From Prorocentrum cordatum (Eukaryota), in contig CAUYUJ010000047.1 in assembly GCA_963575745.1 (NCBI GenBank), positions 62,001 to 119,082 of the forward strand: 57,082 bases of DNA, in the 5' to 3' direction. Position 1 is the first letter of the stretch; each line of letters opens with the position of its first letter. Positions 1-13,230 of this stretch are shown one piece after another. Under the pieces are notes generated by a model, which was not told where the DNA came from, searched no databases, and worked only from the letters and a program-made list of their open reading frames with translations. A program made the translations under genes and the position numbers.

Positions 1-348
1 GAACGACCACACCCCAGCACGACCCCACCCAAGCACGACCCCACCCCAGCACGACCACACCCCAGCACGACCACACCCCAGCACGACCCCACCCCAGCAC
101 GACCCCACCCCAGCAAGACCACACCCCAGCACGACCACACCCCAGCACGACCTCACCACAGCACGACCACACCCAGCACGACCACGCCCCAGCACGACCA
201 CGCCCCAGCACGACCACGCCCCAGCACGACCACCCCCCAGCACGACCACCCCCCAGCACGACCACCACCCCAGCACGACCACACCCCAGCACGACCACCC
301 CCCAGCACGACCACACCCCAGCACGACCACTCCCCAGCACGACCACAC
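1..348. repeat. ~17-bp tandem minisatellite (CAGCACGACCACACCCC)n
   Basis: About 20 imperfect units are directly visible; the array is truncated by the window start. Confidence 0.9.
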
Positions 349-372
349 CGCCTTGGTTGAGTGGTTGCCTGT

Positions 373-516
373 CGTCGTGGAATGTTTCGTGGGGTGTCTC
401 GTGGAATGTTTCGCGGGGTGTCTCGTGGAATGTTTCGTGAGGTGTCTCGTGGAATGTTTCGTGAGGTGTCTCGTGGGATGTTTCGTGAAGTGTCTTGTGG
501 GATGTTTCGTGAGGTG
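373..516. repeat. 24-bp tandem repeat (TCGTGGAATGTTTCGTGAGGTGTC)n
   Basis: About 6 units, seen as the 8-aa periodic VECFVRCL in ORF 353. Confidence 0.85.
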
Positions 517-860
517 TTGCCCAGTTGGGTATCGTGAAAACGTGTCCATGCTCCACATGTCTATATCCCTTTCCGGGTTCGTGGGTCCATCATGTTGGTT
601 TTCGGCACATAGGACCCTCGGCGGACCCCAGGACCTTCGAAAAGCGACTCAGGAGGAAATGCCAGTCCCTGCAGAGACTTCCGGAAAACCCACAATGAAA
701 AATTCAAGACATCGGATTTCTGGGTCCCCGCATATATGCCGCTGCCGCCCCCATCGACCATCCGGGAGAGGGGCCAGCGCCGGTGAAAACCTGCCGCCGG
801 CGGACGCCCTAAGCAACACAGATCTCTTTCCGCTGTGGTGTCCTCTGGCCTCCCGCGCCA

Positions 861-3800
861 GCGCCCCGAAACTGCACCCGCTGGACCTGCTGGACGACGA
901 GGGCTCTGGCCCCTGGACGGCGCGCTCGTCCGTAGCGCCGCTGGCGGCGCAGCCGCCGGACGGCGCCCGCGGCGCCGCGCAGCTGCAGGGTGTCCTGGAG
1001 CGGCTGCAGCACCTGTCGCAGCAGCTGGGGCCGCTGGAGCAGCTGCCGCGGCAGCTGGCGGGCGTGGCCGGCAGCCAGGGGCGGCTGGAGAGGGCGCTGG
1101 GCCAGCTGCAGCAACAGCTCAGGACTCCGGCTGCACGTCAGCGCGGCCCTGCGGCGGAGTGGCCTTCTTGGCGCTGGCCCGCGGGGGTGCCCCCAGCACT
1201 GGCCCGCGCGCTCGGAGGGGGCCGCCCCGTGGCCCCCGAGGGTCGCGCACCAACGGTCGCTCTTGCCCAGGGCCGCTCCTAAGCGTGCACTCCGAGCTTC
1301 TGCAGAAGCGTCGGGGGGGCGTCGCCCCCGCCGACAGCCCCACATCGACCGGCGCGTCGCGGGCAGCCGCCGCGCGCCGAAGGCGCTCGGACCCCCGTCG
1401 CGGCGCGACGACGAGGCGAGGTGGACCCCCGTCGGGAGTGTACCCCCCCACGCTTATGAAGAAGCCCGGAGTCGCCGAAGGATGTCCTCCGCGGCGGCCG
1501 CGGCGGGGACCCGCGGCGCCGCCCCCCCGGCGAGGCGGGCGGGCGAGGACGGCACGCCCGCCGTCCCGGCGCAGACGGGCGACTGCGAGTGGGAGTTCGA
1601 CAACGACGAGCCAGGCCTCCGCGCCGGCGCCGAGCGGGCCCCCGCGCCGGACGCGGACGAGCAGGCCTCAAGCAGTGGCGAAGCGTCCCGGCTCGCCTGT
1701 AGCCCTACCAAACAGTGTCCTGAGAACCTGTTTCTGTGGTTCCCACGACATGTTCTCAGAACATGCCTGGTGGATCTTGTCTTGCTTTAACACATCGGGT
1801 TCATGTTCTAAGAACCTGGTTCTTTCTTCTTAGAACAGCTTTGGGTTCTAAGAACGTTTCGTGGTAGGACTATAGTCAGGAGGAAAAGAAACACACAGAC
1901 ACAATTAATCCTGGATTCCCCAGAAAATATGGGAAAATATGGGAAGTGGGCGGGAAGACAGAAACCCAGAAAATATGGGGAAATATGGGGCACATTTCTA
2001 TTTGTGTGTATTTATTTGTGTGTCCTGGGGCCCCTTCATATAGGAATGCCGGGGCGGCCGGTCCCTGCTCCAAGGCCAGCTGGGAGCGCACCCCGCTCAT
2101 CGGCAGGGAGGAGGGCAGCGTCCGGGGCCCGATGACCGCCCACGTGCAGGGGCGCGCTGGCCGCCCTGGCGAGGCGTCTCCGCGGCCCTCCGAGCGCGCC
2201 GAGGCGCCCGAGCTCTCGAGGGGCGCGGTCGTCGGAGGGGGGGGCCTAAAAGCGTATGTCGGGGGAGAAAAAGATACGGATACGTGTTGTCCCCCTTCGT
2301 TTTCGGCCTTTCCTGGTCCTCCTGGGGAATCCTCGTTGTCACCGCTGGATTCGCCTCGAAATTCTTGTCAGAACGCACCCCAAGAGAGGTCCGGGGACAA
2401 CACGTATCCGTATCTTTCCGCCCCCCAACTAAAAACGTATGGTGACCCCACCGTGTGACGAGTCAGTGGGGGTTCGGGTTCACCGCGCGCTCTGGGACGC
2501 GGGCCGTTCTCCGAGGGCGTCTCGGACGACGGGGGCATCCCGGGTCTCAAAACCGTGCGTTGGCGGACCGCGCGCTGCGGTCGCTGGGGATTCCGAGGTC
2601 ACCACGCGATCCGTCACCACGCGGTTTTTCTGCGGGCGAAGAACGGTATGAAATAAACTTTTCCGCCGTCTGGGACGCCTGCCCCCTAGGCGGCTGGAAA
2701 GTTTATACCCATGCGGTGCCACGTAGGGGTTGAAACTTTCTGGCCGCCCGGGGGGCAGGCGTCCTCGACGGTGGAAAAAATAATCTTACACAGTTCTTCG
2801 CCCACGAAGTTTTGGCACCTCCCAGGTCAGCCCCGGCAGGTCGCCTGCGGCGGTGAGCGCGGCGCAGGGCTCGCAAGGCAGGCGGTCGTCCGGCTCGCCG
2901 CGCTCGAGTGCCCCGTCCACGCCTTCCGACGGCCCAGCCGCAGAGGCGCCGTGGGGCCGCCAGGCCACGACGGGCGCGCGCGGGGCCGCGGTCGGCCGCA
3001 GGAAGGGCTGCGTGGAACTTTTGGCGCTCCGCGTGGGTTTCTTGGATCCGCGCTGGGGACCCCCCTGACGGCGCCTCTGGCGCCGCCTCTGGCGCGCTCC
3101 GCGCGCCAGGGAGGGGGGGTCCAGCGCCGATCCGAGAAATCCGCGCGGACCTCCGAGTGTTAATGTTCATGCTATTGTAGTGGCCTCCGGCCAGTGCCGC
3201 CGATCCGGGGCGCTCCGCAAGATGATGATCAGGATGATGCTGCAGGGGAGGGGGCAGGGGATGATGCTGCAGGGGAGGGGGCAGGGGAGGGGGTCTGCTC
3301 TGCAGGGGGAGTCCGATTGGCAGAGGGAGGAGACTGCAGGGGAGAGGGGTGCTCCGCTCTGAAGGAGGGGGGGGACCACTTGGCAGGACGACCACTGGAC
3401 GGACTGGAAGGGGGGCAGCAGGGCGAGGGGGGGGGGCCCCGTCTTCCGCTCTGCAGGGGGGGGGGCCTGCACGGAGCGGGGTCCGCTCTGCATCGGGGGG
3501 CGGGGGGGCTGGGCTGCAGGGGAGGGGGGGGGGGGGCGGGCGCTTTCCGCTTCGGAGGGGGGGGGGTCCCGCTTTTTCTTGGAGGAGGGGGGGCTGCAGA
3601 TGAGGGCGGGGGTTCTGTCTGCAGAGGGGGGGGACGAGGGAGGGCAGGGGGGAGGGGGGGTGGATCGCTCTACGGGAGGGGTGGGGGGGGGGGGGGCGCA
3701 GGAAGGAGCTCCGTTCTGCAAGGGGGGGGGTGCTCTGCAGGGGGTCGGGTGGGGGGGGCGCTTCTGCCAGTGGGGCGGGGGGGCTACAGGGGCGATGTCC

Positions 3801-4644
3801 GCTCTGCAGGGGGTGGGGGGGGGGGGAGGGGGCAGGGGGGAGCGTCCGCTTCTGCGGGGGGGGCGGATGCACGGAGCGGGGCTCCGCTCTGCAGCGGCGG
3901 GGGGGGCTGGGCTGCAGGGTAGGAGAGGGGGGGGGGGGGGCTGCGGGTCCGTTGCAGGGGAAGGGGGGTCCCGCTCATGGTAGGAGGAGGGAGCTGCAGG
4001 GAGGACGGGTGGGCTGGTCTGCAGGAGGGGGGGGAGATAGGGAGCAGGGGAGGAGAGGGGGATCCGCTCTGCAGGGGGGGTGGGGGGGGCTGCAGGGAGG
4101 AGGTCCGCTCTGCAGGGGGGGGGGGTGCTCTGCAGGGGGGGGTGGTGCAGGGGGAGGGGGGGTTCGCTCTGCAGTGGGGCGGGGGGGCTACAGGGGCGAG
4201 GTCCGCTCTGCAGGAAGGGGGGGGGGCAGGAAGCGGGAGGGGGCGTTCTGCAGGGGATGGGGGGTTCCGCTCTGGGAGGGGGGGGGGGCGAAGCACTGAA
4301 TTTGGTCGGGGGGAATTGAAGGTTCCCCCCCTCCTCCCCCCGAAGCACTGCTGAATTAGGTCGGAATGAGGTCGGGGAAAAAATGAGGTCCCCCCCTCCC
4401 CCCCGCAGAGCGAAGCTTGAGCGAGCTCAAGCCTACGCTCTCAGAAACTCACACGCCGGATCGGCGGATTTTTCGTTCCCCTAAGGAAGAGCTGCATGAA
4501 GGACGCGCCGCGAGGTCCTGACCCAGGAGCAGCGCCAGACATAGAAGCGGGTGGTGAGATGGATCGTATGCGCTCTATCGCACAGTCCCCAGTAGCTCGC
4601 AGCATCGTGCTGCGGCAGCGTCAAGATCTGGACAATGTGAAAGG
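861..4644 (+). CDS. Putative short N-terminal exons of the channel gene (approx. 861-1122, 1530-1664, 2075-2173, 2840-2945, 4486-4644)
   Basis: GC3-rich coding-like segments (LQGVLERLQHLSQQLGPLEQL; DCEWEFDNDEPG; ASWERTPLIGREEG; MDRMRSIAQSPVARSIVLRQRQDLDNVK), mostly bounded by AG acceptors and AG|GC or AG|GA donors. Phases were not fully reconciled. Confidence 0.3.
2255..2430. mobile_element. MITE with terminal inverted repeats
   Basis: AAAGATACGGATACGTGTTGTCCCC ... GGGGACAACACGTATCCGTATCTTT is a perfect inverted pair. The interior resembles 25713-25785. Confidence 0.75.
3015..3160. mobile_element. Palindromic MITE family (other copies ~32250-32380 and ~33575-33712)
   Basis: Three dispersed copies share the core CTGGCGCGCTCCGCGCGCCAGGG, flanked by inverted CGCGCGGATTT/AAATCCGCGCG-like arms. 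Confidence 0.65.
3175..4469 (-). mobile_element. Helentron/DINE-like non-autonomous element with CTGCAGGGGG tandem cargo
   Basis: Hairpin TGGCC-TCC-GGCCA (3181-3193); subTIR CCGCCGATCCGG (3197-3208) with perfect inverse CCGGATCGGCGG (4456-4467); ends GGAT|T. Confidence 0.7.
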
Positions 4645-4804
4645 CTTCGCCCTCTCCCACTGGCCGCAGCGGGAAGGGGTGGGTGGGAGGGGGCAGGATG
4701 CCAGGTATGGCGCGAGTGCATCCAGCTTGACTGCAAAATCTCTCTGCTCTCTCCCTCCCTCCCTCCCCCTCCCTCCCTCTCCCCCTCTCTCTCTCTCTCT
4801 CTCC

Positions 4805-4847
<43 letters not shown>

Positions 4848-6429
4848 TCAACGTATGTTTGTATGCGTATGCATGTGCATGTTTGTACATGCTTTAATGT
4901 GTACACAAATGTGCTTGCACAAATATATAAAGATACAGGCACACTAGTTCTACGCCTCCCGTCCTTTCTTACATCCCTGTCCCTTATTACTACTTACTCC
5001 CACTCTGGGCCTCTGCCGACCGATGGCCGCCCAATCCGGGTGGGTCCCAGCCTTCGTGCAAGAAGTCAGCGACGGGCGAGGGGCGAAGTGATAAGGAGAA
5101 GGTTTTCGCAGGAGGTGGCGGGGACTCCTCAGAGGCCCTCGCGCCTTCTGCCCGATCGTATCGCATCGTTACATCACGGCCCGAGGTTCTGCCCCTCAGA
5201 CCTGCTCTGCTCTTGCCCGTGCCCGGGGCCATCACCGATCTTCGCGGTGTGACACTGATCCCCGTCTCATTGGCCTCTTCGGTGTCCGTTCCCATCTCCT
5301 GCGCCTTCAACACAACACAAAAGCCCTCGCGCCTTCTGAGAGGTGTTGCGTCTTCCGGGAAGGCTTCTAAAACTCTTCAAAAGGGCCGGGGGACTCCCGC
5401 GCCTTCTGAGAAGACCCGCCCCTGCGCACTTCCCCACTGCGCTCGCCGCCAAAAAGACAGTACAACATCGACGATGATCGTTTCAAGATGGACGCTGTGT
5501 CGTTCATGTTGCAAAATGCGTGGCGGGGATGGAACGGGGCGCACATCCCGCGCGAAAGGCCGAAATGCCGCCCTCGCCTCGCGCCACGCACGTGTTCCTG
5601 GAGAGTCGGGCTCCCGCTGCGGCGCGGCGCAAATGTTCTGCACGCCGCCCCGTCGACGCACGAGCGGGCAAAGGCGTAGCTCTCGCTCCGGCGCCGCGCA
5701 GCATTCGCCTGCAGGTGGCGATCCCGCCCCGACGCGGCGCCGGCCTGTTGCCCGCCAGTTGGGGAGGGCCCGCGCGGGCGGGCGGCCTGTCACCCGCGCC
5801 CGAGCTCCGTGCGCACGTCGCTCGGAAGCGTGGTGTCCTGCGCGGGCGCGGCGCCTGGCTTTTGGCCGCCGGGCCGCGCGCGGGCGGCAGCGGCAGCCGG
5901 GCCGCGCGAGAGCGGGCGAAAGGCTGTCCTCCTCGCCCTCCTCCTCCTCCTCCTCCTCCTCCTCCTCCTCCTTCTCCTCCTCCTCCTCCTCCTCCTCCTG
6001 CAGTGTGTCAGTGCAGTTGGCAGTGTCGTGTCAGCGCGGCGCCTGCTGCGGCCTCGCCGCGCCCGCCTGAGGCCCCGTCCCGCCCCTGCGCGGCCCGCGT
6101 GGCGTGCCCTTTCGCCACGTCGTGGGACGCGGGGCCGCGCGCGAGGGCCTTCCTTCTGCAAGGTGGGAGCGCGCTCCGCTCCCAATGTCAAGTTGTGCCA
6201 CGAATGGTCATGATTCTTCGTATGTCGTGGGAGGACCGGCGGGAATAGAGGGGGCCCTGTGACTTGCTTGGCATGGCGAACTTGAGGATATCCCTATTCT
6301 TTTTGTTCCCGGGAAGGGCGTGGGCCCAGGGCTCTCTTTTAGTGGGTTTACCCCCGGGTCTGACGGGAAGAGGGCCGGCGGATTTCTCTTGCGATAGATA
6401 ACGAGTGGGAAGAGGGCCGGCGAATTAAA

Positions 6430-7360
6430 TTTTGAGGATGTCCCTAGCGAAACGCTTGTTTTTCAGAATTTGTTGAGGATGTCTCGAGCGAAACGCTTGT
6501 TTTGTGGTATAGATTGTCTTCTCCTGGGGACCAGCATTTAGAGGATCTCTCAAGTGAAATGCTTGGTTTCACGTGCCCAGGTCTTGAGGATGTCTCGAGC
6601 GAGACGCTTGGTTTCACGCCTCCAGGTTGCCCAGGCAGAGGTCAAGCGCCAGGATGTGTTGAGGATGTCTCGAGCGAGCCGCTTGGTTTCACGCGTCCTC
6701 GTCGCCCAGGCAGATGTCTAGCATGAGGAGGTGTTGAAAACGTCTCGAGCGAAACGCTTGTTTTCATGTGCCCAAGTCACCCAGGCGGACGTCTCAAATG
6801 AATATGTGTTGAGGATGTCTCGAGCGAACTACTTGTTTTCACGTGTGAAGTTCGCCCAGGCGGATGTCTAGCATGAGGAGGTGTTGAGGAAGTCTCGATC
6901 GAGATGCTTGTTTGCACGTGTCCAGGTTGCCCAGGCGGATGCCAAGCATGAGGATGTGTTGAGAATGTCTCGAGAGATACGCTTGTTTTCACGTGTCCAG
7001 GTCGCCCAGGCGGATGTCTAACATGAAGATGTGTTGAGGATGTCTCGAGCGAGACGTTTGCTTTCACGTGTACAGGACGCCAAGGCGGATGTCTAGAGTG
7101 AGGAGGTGTTGAAAACGTCTCGAGCGAAACGCTTGTTTTCATGTGCCCAAGTCACCCAGGCGGACGTCTCAAATGAATATGTGTTGAGGATGTCTCGAGC
7201 GAACTACTTGTTTTCACGTGTGAAGTTCGCCCAGGCGGATGTCTAGCATGAGAATGTGTTGAGGTGTTGAGCGAAACGTTTGTTTTCACGTGTCCAGGTC
7301 GCTCAGGCGGATGTCTAGAATGAGGATTTTGACAGGATGTCTCGAGCGAAACGCTTGTCC
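6430..7360. repeat. 75-bp satellite array (GAGGATGTCTCGAGCGAAACGCTTGTTTTCACG...)
   Basis: About 12 diverged units with 25-aa periodicity in ORF 6777-7142. Confidence 0.85.
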
Positions 7361-7828
7361 CCAGCACGTTCCGTAGCGCGTCCCCTTGGCACGTCCTACG
7401 GTGCGACCCCATGGCACGTCCCCTGGCACGTCGCCTGGCGCGTCCCTTGGGACGTTTCGCGGCGCGTCCTCCTGGCATGTCCCCCTGTCAATTAGCTCTG
7501 GGGCAGCTTCTATGTGTTCAGGCAGCTCGAGCTTAAGATCCAGATCAGTTCGGTCAGGACTCGGATGCAAAGGAAGACTCGATCCACGACGCCATAGAGC
7601 ACAACCGCAGCATGGCACATCGCAATTCAGCACGGTGCAGCACAGCAGAGTCCTCGGCACGGTACATCAAGATCGATACAAGCAGCATTGCACTTGCCCG
7701 TCACCCAATCAGGTGTCTTTGAAAACGCTGCCATGCGTTAAATTTCTATATTCCTTTCCGGGGTCGTGGGTCGATCATGTTTGTTTTTGTTTCTCTGTCT
7801 CTCTCTCTCTCTCTCTTTCTCTCTACTC

Positions 7829-9063
7829 TTAAGTCGGGCCTGTTCCTCTACAGGAGGAATATTCAAAAATAGTCTGGGGACGATTCTTGGATCATGTTTG
7901 ACTGTTTATGAATATCCAGAAGGGGTTCGCCCCCTGCCGCCGGCCCCCTCTATCGGAGAATGGGCAATGCAAGAGCGAAATCGTGAGGCCTTGGCGCCGC
8001 TGTGAAGCAGCGTCGGGACTTCACGCGAAGACGATGAGTAATCGGCAAGACAAATTGAGATCCTGATGATATTGTTGAATTCGGTGTTGTATTTCGAGCT
8101 TGCTCGCGTATGCTGTGCAAGAAGATTTTCCACGAAGTATTGAATTGTTGCGAATACCGTGTGTTGTTTGACCCTGACCCCACCGATCTGCGTGATGGGT
8201 GCCACCGAATTTCAAGACATGTGGCAAAACCCGTTGGTTTTTCGACCCTGACCCCGCCGATCTGCATGAGGAGTGTCACCGAATTTCAGAAATGAACAAA
8301 TCCCTTGTGTTTTTGGACCCCGACCCCGCCGATCTGCGTGAGGGGGGCCACCGAATTTCAAGACATGTGGCAAATCCCATTGGTTTTTCGACCCTGACCC
8401 CGCCGATCTGCATGAGGAGTGTCACCGAATTTCAAAAAAAAAAAAAAAAATCCTTTGTTTGTTTGGACCCTGACCCCGCCGATCTGCAAGAGGGGTGCCA
8501 CCGAATTTCAGGCATGTAGCAAATCCCTTGTGTTTTTGGACCCTGACCCCGCCGATCTGCGTGAGAGGTGTCACCGAATTTCAAAAATGTGGCAAATCCC
8601 ATGTGTCTTTAGACCCTGACCCCGCCGATCTGCGAGAGACGTGTCGCCGGATTTCAGAAATGTGGCAAATCCCTTGTTTGTTTGAACCCTGACCCTGCCG
8701 ATCTGCGTGAGGGGTGCCACCGAATTTCAGGCATGTAGCAAATCCCTTGTGTTTTTGGACCCTGACCCCGCCGATCTGCGTGAGGGGTGTCAAGTTCGAC
8801 CCCCCCTCAGAAATTTTGATGCCCCTCCTGGGAGGTGCTAACCAGGGCGGTTTTTGGCTCCCCCCCTCGCGCGGTCTACAACAAGGAACAGTAAGCAGCA
8901 AGAAGCAGAACTGTAACAGTGGAAACTAGAAACTGGAACTGGCGCAGGGAACAGCAAACCCTGAGCCTACGGCCTGGTGGCCCCACAAGGGGGCCGGTGG
9001 ATTTGTTGACTATTTTCGTTTTTCCATCCACAATCCGCCTGAAGGGGGACATGCCCGACCTAA
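7829..9063. mobile_element. MITE (TIR AAGTCGGGCNTGTYCCYCTACAGG) split by a nested element
   Basis: Left TIR at ~7830; right TIR CCTGAAGGGGGACATGCCCGACCTAA at ~9038-9063. An uninterrupted copy lies at 52892-53052. Confidence 0.7.
7907..9002 (-). mobile_element. Helentron/DINE-like element carrying a 73-bp satellite
   Basis: Hairpin AGGGG-TTCG-CCCC(C)T (7921-7935); subTIR CCGCCGGCCCCCT (7937-7949) and AGGGGGCCGGTGG (8988-9000); 73-bp array ~8165-8790. Second copy at 18210-19304. Confidence 0.75.
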
Positions 9064-10089
9064 CTCTACTCTCCGCGCTGGGGGCCGGGAAGCCTAGGCA
9101 CGCAGGAATCGGCAGAAAGCTCGAACCAGGACCCAAAAACGGGAACCCCAGCAATTGACCGCCCAACGAAGTCGTCGGCACAATCTCACCAAATATGCAT
9201 AACATTGGGAAGCCATGACCTGGACCGAGGAACCCGGAAACTTTGGGAAAGCTTGCCGTTGTCCGGCACTGGCACACAACTTACATTAAATTGTGATTAC
9301 AATATTCGTGATTTTCATGTCATTACAAACACGGATTGGGGAACGCACCATGCATCACCACGGTGTCACAAACAGCAGCATTGAGCCAGTGTGTGATTGG
9401 CATTGCCTCGTGGCATTGTCAAAGCGCACCGATATGTCAAACATTGCTTCATCATTAGAAACAGAGCCATCATGAAACATGACTGCCAATATACGCTGGT
9501 AGATGCACATTTGCAGACAGCAAAGTGTCAGAGCCAGGTATCAAAAGCATCAACCAAGGACACCTTCTGCCCAGCAATGCAATACCACCATGTGCTCAGA
9601 AATTGCTCAATAATTCACGCAGTTTTGCTTCCACGAACATCAAATTATGTTGGGACCACCCTAACACGGGCGAGCACATCGTAATTGGTTCCGAGTCACA
9701 AGTTGTGTGATGTTTGATTATGATCACAGGTCCGCATTGTACCAGACCGGCGTCCAGTAGCTTCAGTACCACCGAGAGCACACAGAAGTGAGCAAACATA
9801 AGAAAGAAAGAAAAGCGACGGACAGCAGGGATGTCAAACGTGAGGTCCCAGGAGAAGAAACAGGGCTCATGCTGGTGGGTCCCTGTGAGGCCTTCAATGG
9901 TGGTTCTGAAGACCCCTCCGGCACACCCTGGCTGAGAAAGGTCTTTGTAGCGTCGCTAGTTCCACAGCGGTGTCTTGCTACTTGCATGTTAAAAGTGACC
10001 ATAGGCATTGAAACGTGCACGCGTTCTACAGTACATACGCACGCTCGCATTCACATGCGCGCAACCAGACATTAAGTTGGTCTTCGCAG

Positions 10090-10858
10090 GCTGGTGCCCC
10101 GACAAGGTGGGCTGTCGGGTAGCAGCCATGCGCCCAGCCGCGTGAACGTTCGCAGGGCCACGACGACGACAGGGGACAGCTACACGATGTTGCCGCACCA
10201 ACGGCTGTGCCCCATGCACCCAGACCACAAACCGCGGATGATATTGGATCTCGTTTTCGTCTTTATGACGGCGTATGACTGCTGGGCGGTGCCGTACCAG
10301 ATGTCCTGGCGCGTCGAGTACACGGGGTGGTTCGCCGTGTGGACATATTTCACTTTGGTGTGGTGGACGATCGATATGTTCCTTGGGTTCTTCTTCGGGT
10401 ATTACCGCAAGAGTCGCATCGAAATGCGACTGAATAAGATTGCTTGGCGCTACTTGAGAAAAGATTTTGGCTTCAACCTGGTTGCCGTCGTCGCGGATTT
10501 CATCGTCCTCGCGATGGTGAGCCGTCGGCAGTATTTGGGGAAGGAAGGGTTCGGTCTCCAAGTGGAGAACGTTGCCAGGATATGTAAGGTCAGCCGCCTC
10601 ATCCGCATGATAACGTTGCTGTTGCAGCGCGGAGGGTTGAGCCAGTTCTACAACCGCGTGGTGAACTGGTTGCAGGAGCGCGGACTCAGTCGTCAGTTCC
10701 AAGCCTTCAACACAGTCATGCAGCTAGTCTTTCTCATCTTCTGGGTAAGTCACTTAGGTGCTTGTTTCTGGCACTACGTTGGGAGAAACGCCATCGCTAC
10801 TTGGTACACCAGTACGGAGATAGACAATGCCAGTCCAGGTTTCGATTATTTATTGTGT
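10090..10858 (+). CDS. CNBD-family (KCNH/HCN/CNG-like) cation channel, exon encoding S1-S5
   Basis: TTCGCAG|G acceptor. Motifs MHPD..PRMILDL, YDCWAVP, WWTIDMFLGFFFGYY, IAWRYLRKDF, S4-like RICKVSRLIR and S5 FWVSHLGACFWHYVG are typical of the CNBD channel ion-transport domain. Confidence 0.9.
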
Positions 10859-10981
10859 TAGCCAAGAGGCGTACGTACGCCATCCCGTCGACCCCCAGAC
10901 GAAGTGAGAATCCCTTGGACCTTGCTAGGGCGAGGTCAGGCGGGGCTTGAGTGCCGTTCGTGACGATCTGGATTTTGGGAA

Positions 10982-12488
10982 ATGCGCCGCCCCCTGTCGA
11001 TTCATCACAGGGGTGCCTGGTTTGCTAGATGATTTTGGTTTTGGTTTTGGTTCTTTTCCAAAAGAACTCCCCCTGGGGCTCCGGCGCGTCCCGCCGGCCA
11101 CCCGGAAGACCCGGTTGTAAACGGGTTTCCTGCCCCAGACGGCCCCAAGATGGCCCAAGATGGCCCAAGATGGTTTCCAAGACGGCTAAGATGGCCCCAA
11201 TATGCCTCGAAGACGGCCCAAGATGCACCCAAGACGGCCTAAAGTAGCCTCAAAATGGCCTAAGACGGCCCAAGGCCCCCAAGAGGCCTCCCAGACGCTC
11301 CAAGAGCTCGTCCAGGAGGGCCCGACGAAGCCAAAATCATTGATTCTCCTTACGTGTTTGAAGGATTTTGGCATTTGCGTCTTTTCGGCCTTCCGACGGC
11401 TGAAGACAGCATAAGAGGCCCCCAAGATCGCCCCAAGATCGCCCAAGAGGCTTCCAAGAGCGCCCCATGACGGCCCAAGAGGCCTCCAAGACGGCCCGAA
11501 GAGGGCCCCAAGGCGGCCCAAGAGGCCTCCAAGACGCCCAAGATGGCTTCCAAGACGGCCCCGAAGCGCCCCAAGAGGGCCCCAAATCGGTTCAGAGAAG
11601 TCCCCAAGACGGCCCCCGACGGCGTCAGACGGGCCAGGAACCCACCAAGATGGCCGAAGTTGGCTCGAAGCTAGCCCAAGAAGGCCCAAGAGGCCTCCAA
11701 GAGGGCCTCCAGGAAGGCCAGGAAATGCCAAGCACCACTGATGTTCCGCAGGTTTTTGAAGGATTTGGGCATGTGCTTCTTTTCGGCCTTCCGACGGCCC
11801 GAGACGACCCAAGAGCCCCCAAAGATCGCCCAAAGATCGCCCAAGAGGCCTCCAAGATGGCTCCAGAGCGGCCCAAGAGCCCCCAAGACGGCCCCGAGAG
11901 GCCCCCAAGACGGCCCAGGAGGCCTTTAAGACGCCCAAGATGGCCTCCAACATGGCCCTGGAGCATTCCAAGAGGGCCCCAGGTCGGCCCAGAGAGGCGC
12001 CCCAAACGGCTTCCGACGGCGTCAGACGCCAGGAGAGATGGCCCAAGACGGTCCACGAGGCCTCCAAGAGGGCTTCCAGAAGTCATTGATTTCCTCTGGG
12101 TTTTTTGATGGATTGTGGCATTTGCTTTTTTGTCGGCCTTCCGACGGCCCGAGACGGCCCAAGTACCCCCAAAGATCGCCCAAGAGGCCCAAGACGGCCC
12201 CAAGAGGCCCCCAAGATGGCCCAAGAGGTCTCCAAGACGCTCAAGATGGCTTCCAAGACGGCCCAAGAGCCTTCCAAGACGTCCTCCGAGAAGGCCCGAA
12301 ATGGTCAAAATGGCCTCCAGACGAACAAGATGACCTTCAAGATGCACACGGGTTCCCCGAAGGCTTTCCAAACCGCTTCGGGGAACACATGGCCCGATAA
12401 CTTGGCAGGTCTGGCCTCAACGTTCGGCCACATAGGCGCTTCCAAAAAGGCAGGGGGCGGCGGTGATTCGCCGTAGGCGTCTTCGATC
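10982..12488 (+). mobile_element. Nested Helentron/DINE-like element with CCAAGA-based tandem cargo
   Basis: subTIR CGCCGCCCCCTG (10985-10996) and perfect inverse CAGGGGGCGGCG (12451-12462), followed by hairpin CGCC-GTA-GGCG. The interior is ~10-bp GGCCCAAGA-type repeats in higher-order units. Confidence 0.7.
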
Positions 12489-12497
12489 AGGAGACAG

Positions 12498-12611
12498 AGA
12501 AGAGGAGGACGAGGAGGAGGAGAAGGAGGAGGAGGAGGTGGAGGAGGGGACGAAGGATGATGATGATGCTGATGCTGATGCTGATGATGATGATGATGAT
12601 GATGATGATGC

Positions 12612-12666
<55 letters not shown>

Positions 12667-13230
12667 CATGATCATGCTCATGATCATGATCATGATCATG
12701 ATCATGATCATGATCATGATCATGATGAGGATGAGGATGAGGAGGAGGAGGAGGAGGAGGAGGAGGAGGTGAGGACGCACGCACGCGAGGTCCACCCACC
12801 CAGAGAGGGAACATGTCAACGTGGGAGGCTTTTTCGAGCCTCTTGGGGACATGCTCGGGGCGTTTGAAGCTTCTGCTGGGCCTGCTGGTGGTCTCTCGAG
12901 GCCTCCTGGGGGGTTCTGAGGCGCCTGCTGGCGGTCTCGGGGCCCCCTTGGAACGGAGGGGCTCGACATGTCAATTCGAGTCACAACTCTCTCTCTCTCT
13001 CTCCCTCTCTCGAGGAGGAAGGGGAGGAGGAGGAGGAGGAGGACGAGGACGAGGAGGAGGAGGAGGAGGAAGAGGAGGAAGAGGAAGAGGAGGACGAGGT
13101 GCAGGAGGAGGAGGAGGAGGAAGAGGAGGAAGAGGAGGAAGAGGAGGAGGAGGAGGAGGAGGAGGAGGGGGAGCGGAAGGGGGAGGGGGAGGAGGAGGCG
13201 GAGGAGGAGGTGGAGGAGGAGGAGGAGGAG
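12498..13230. repeat. (GGA)n and (GAT)n microsatellites
   Basis: Directly visible. Confidence 0.9.

Noticed and set aside
6360..6430. Two GGGAAGAGGGCCGGCGRAT motifs resembling element ends
   Set aside because: No matching inverse subTIR was found, so no element could be delimited.
8165..8790. CRISPR-like regularly spaced repeats (also 6430-7360, 18320-19095, 47850-48580)
   Set aside because: The whole monomer repeats, so there are no unique spacers; there are no cas genes and the context is eukaryotic. These are satellites.
9280..10075. AT-richer unique sequence, possibly a decayed retroelement
   Set aside because: No recognisable motif in any frame.
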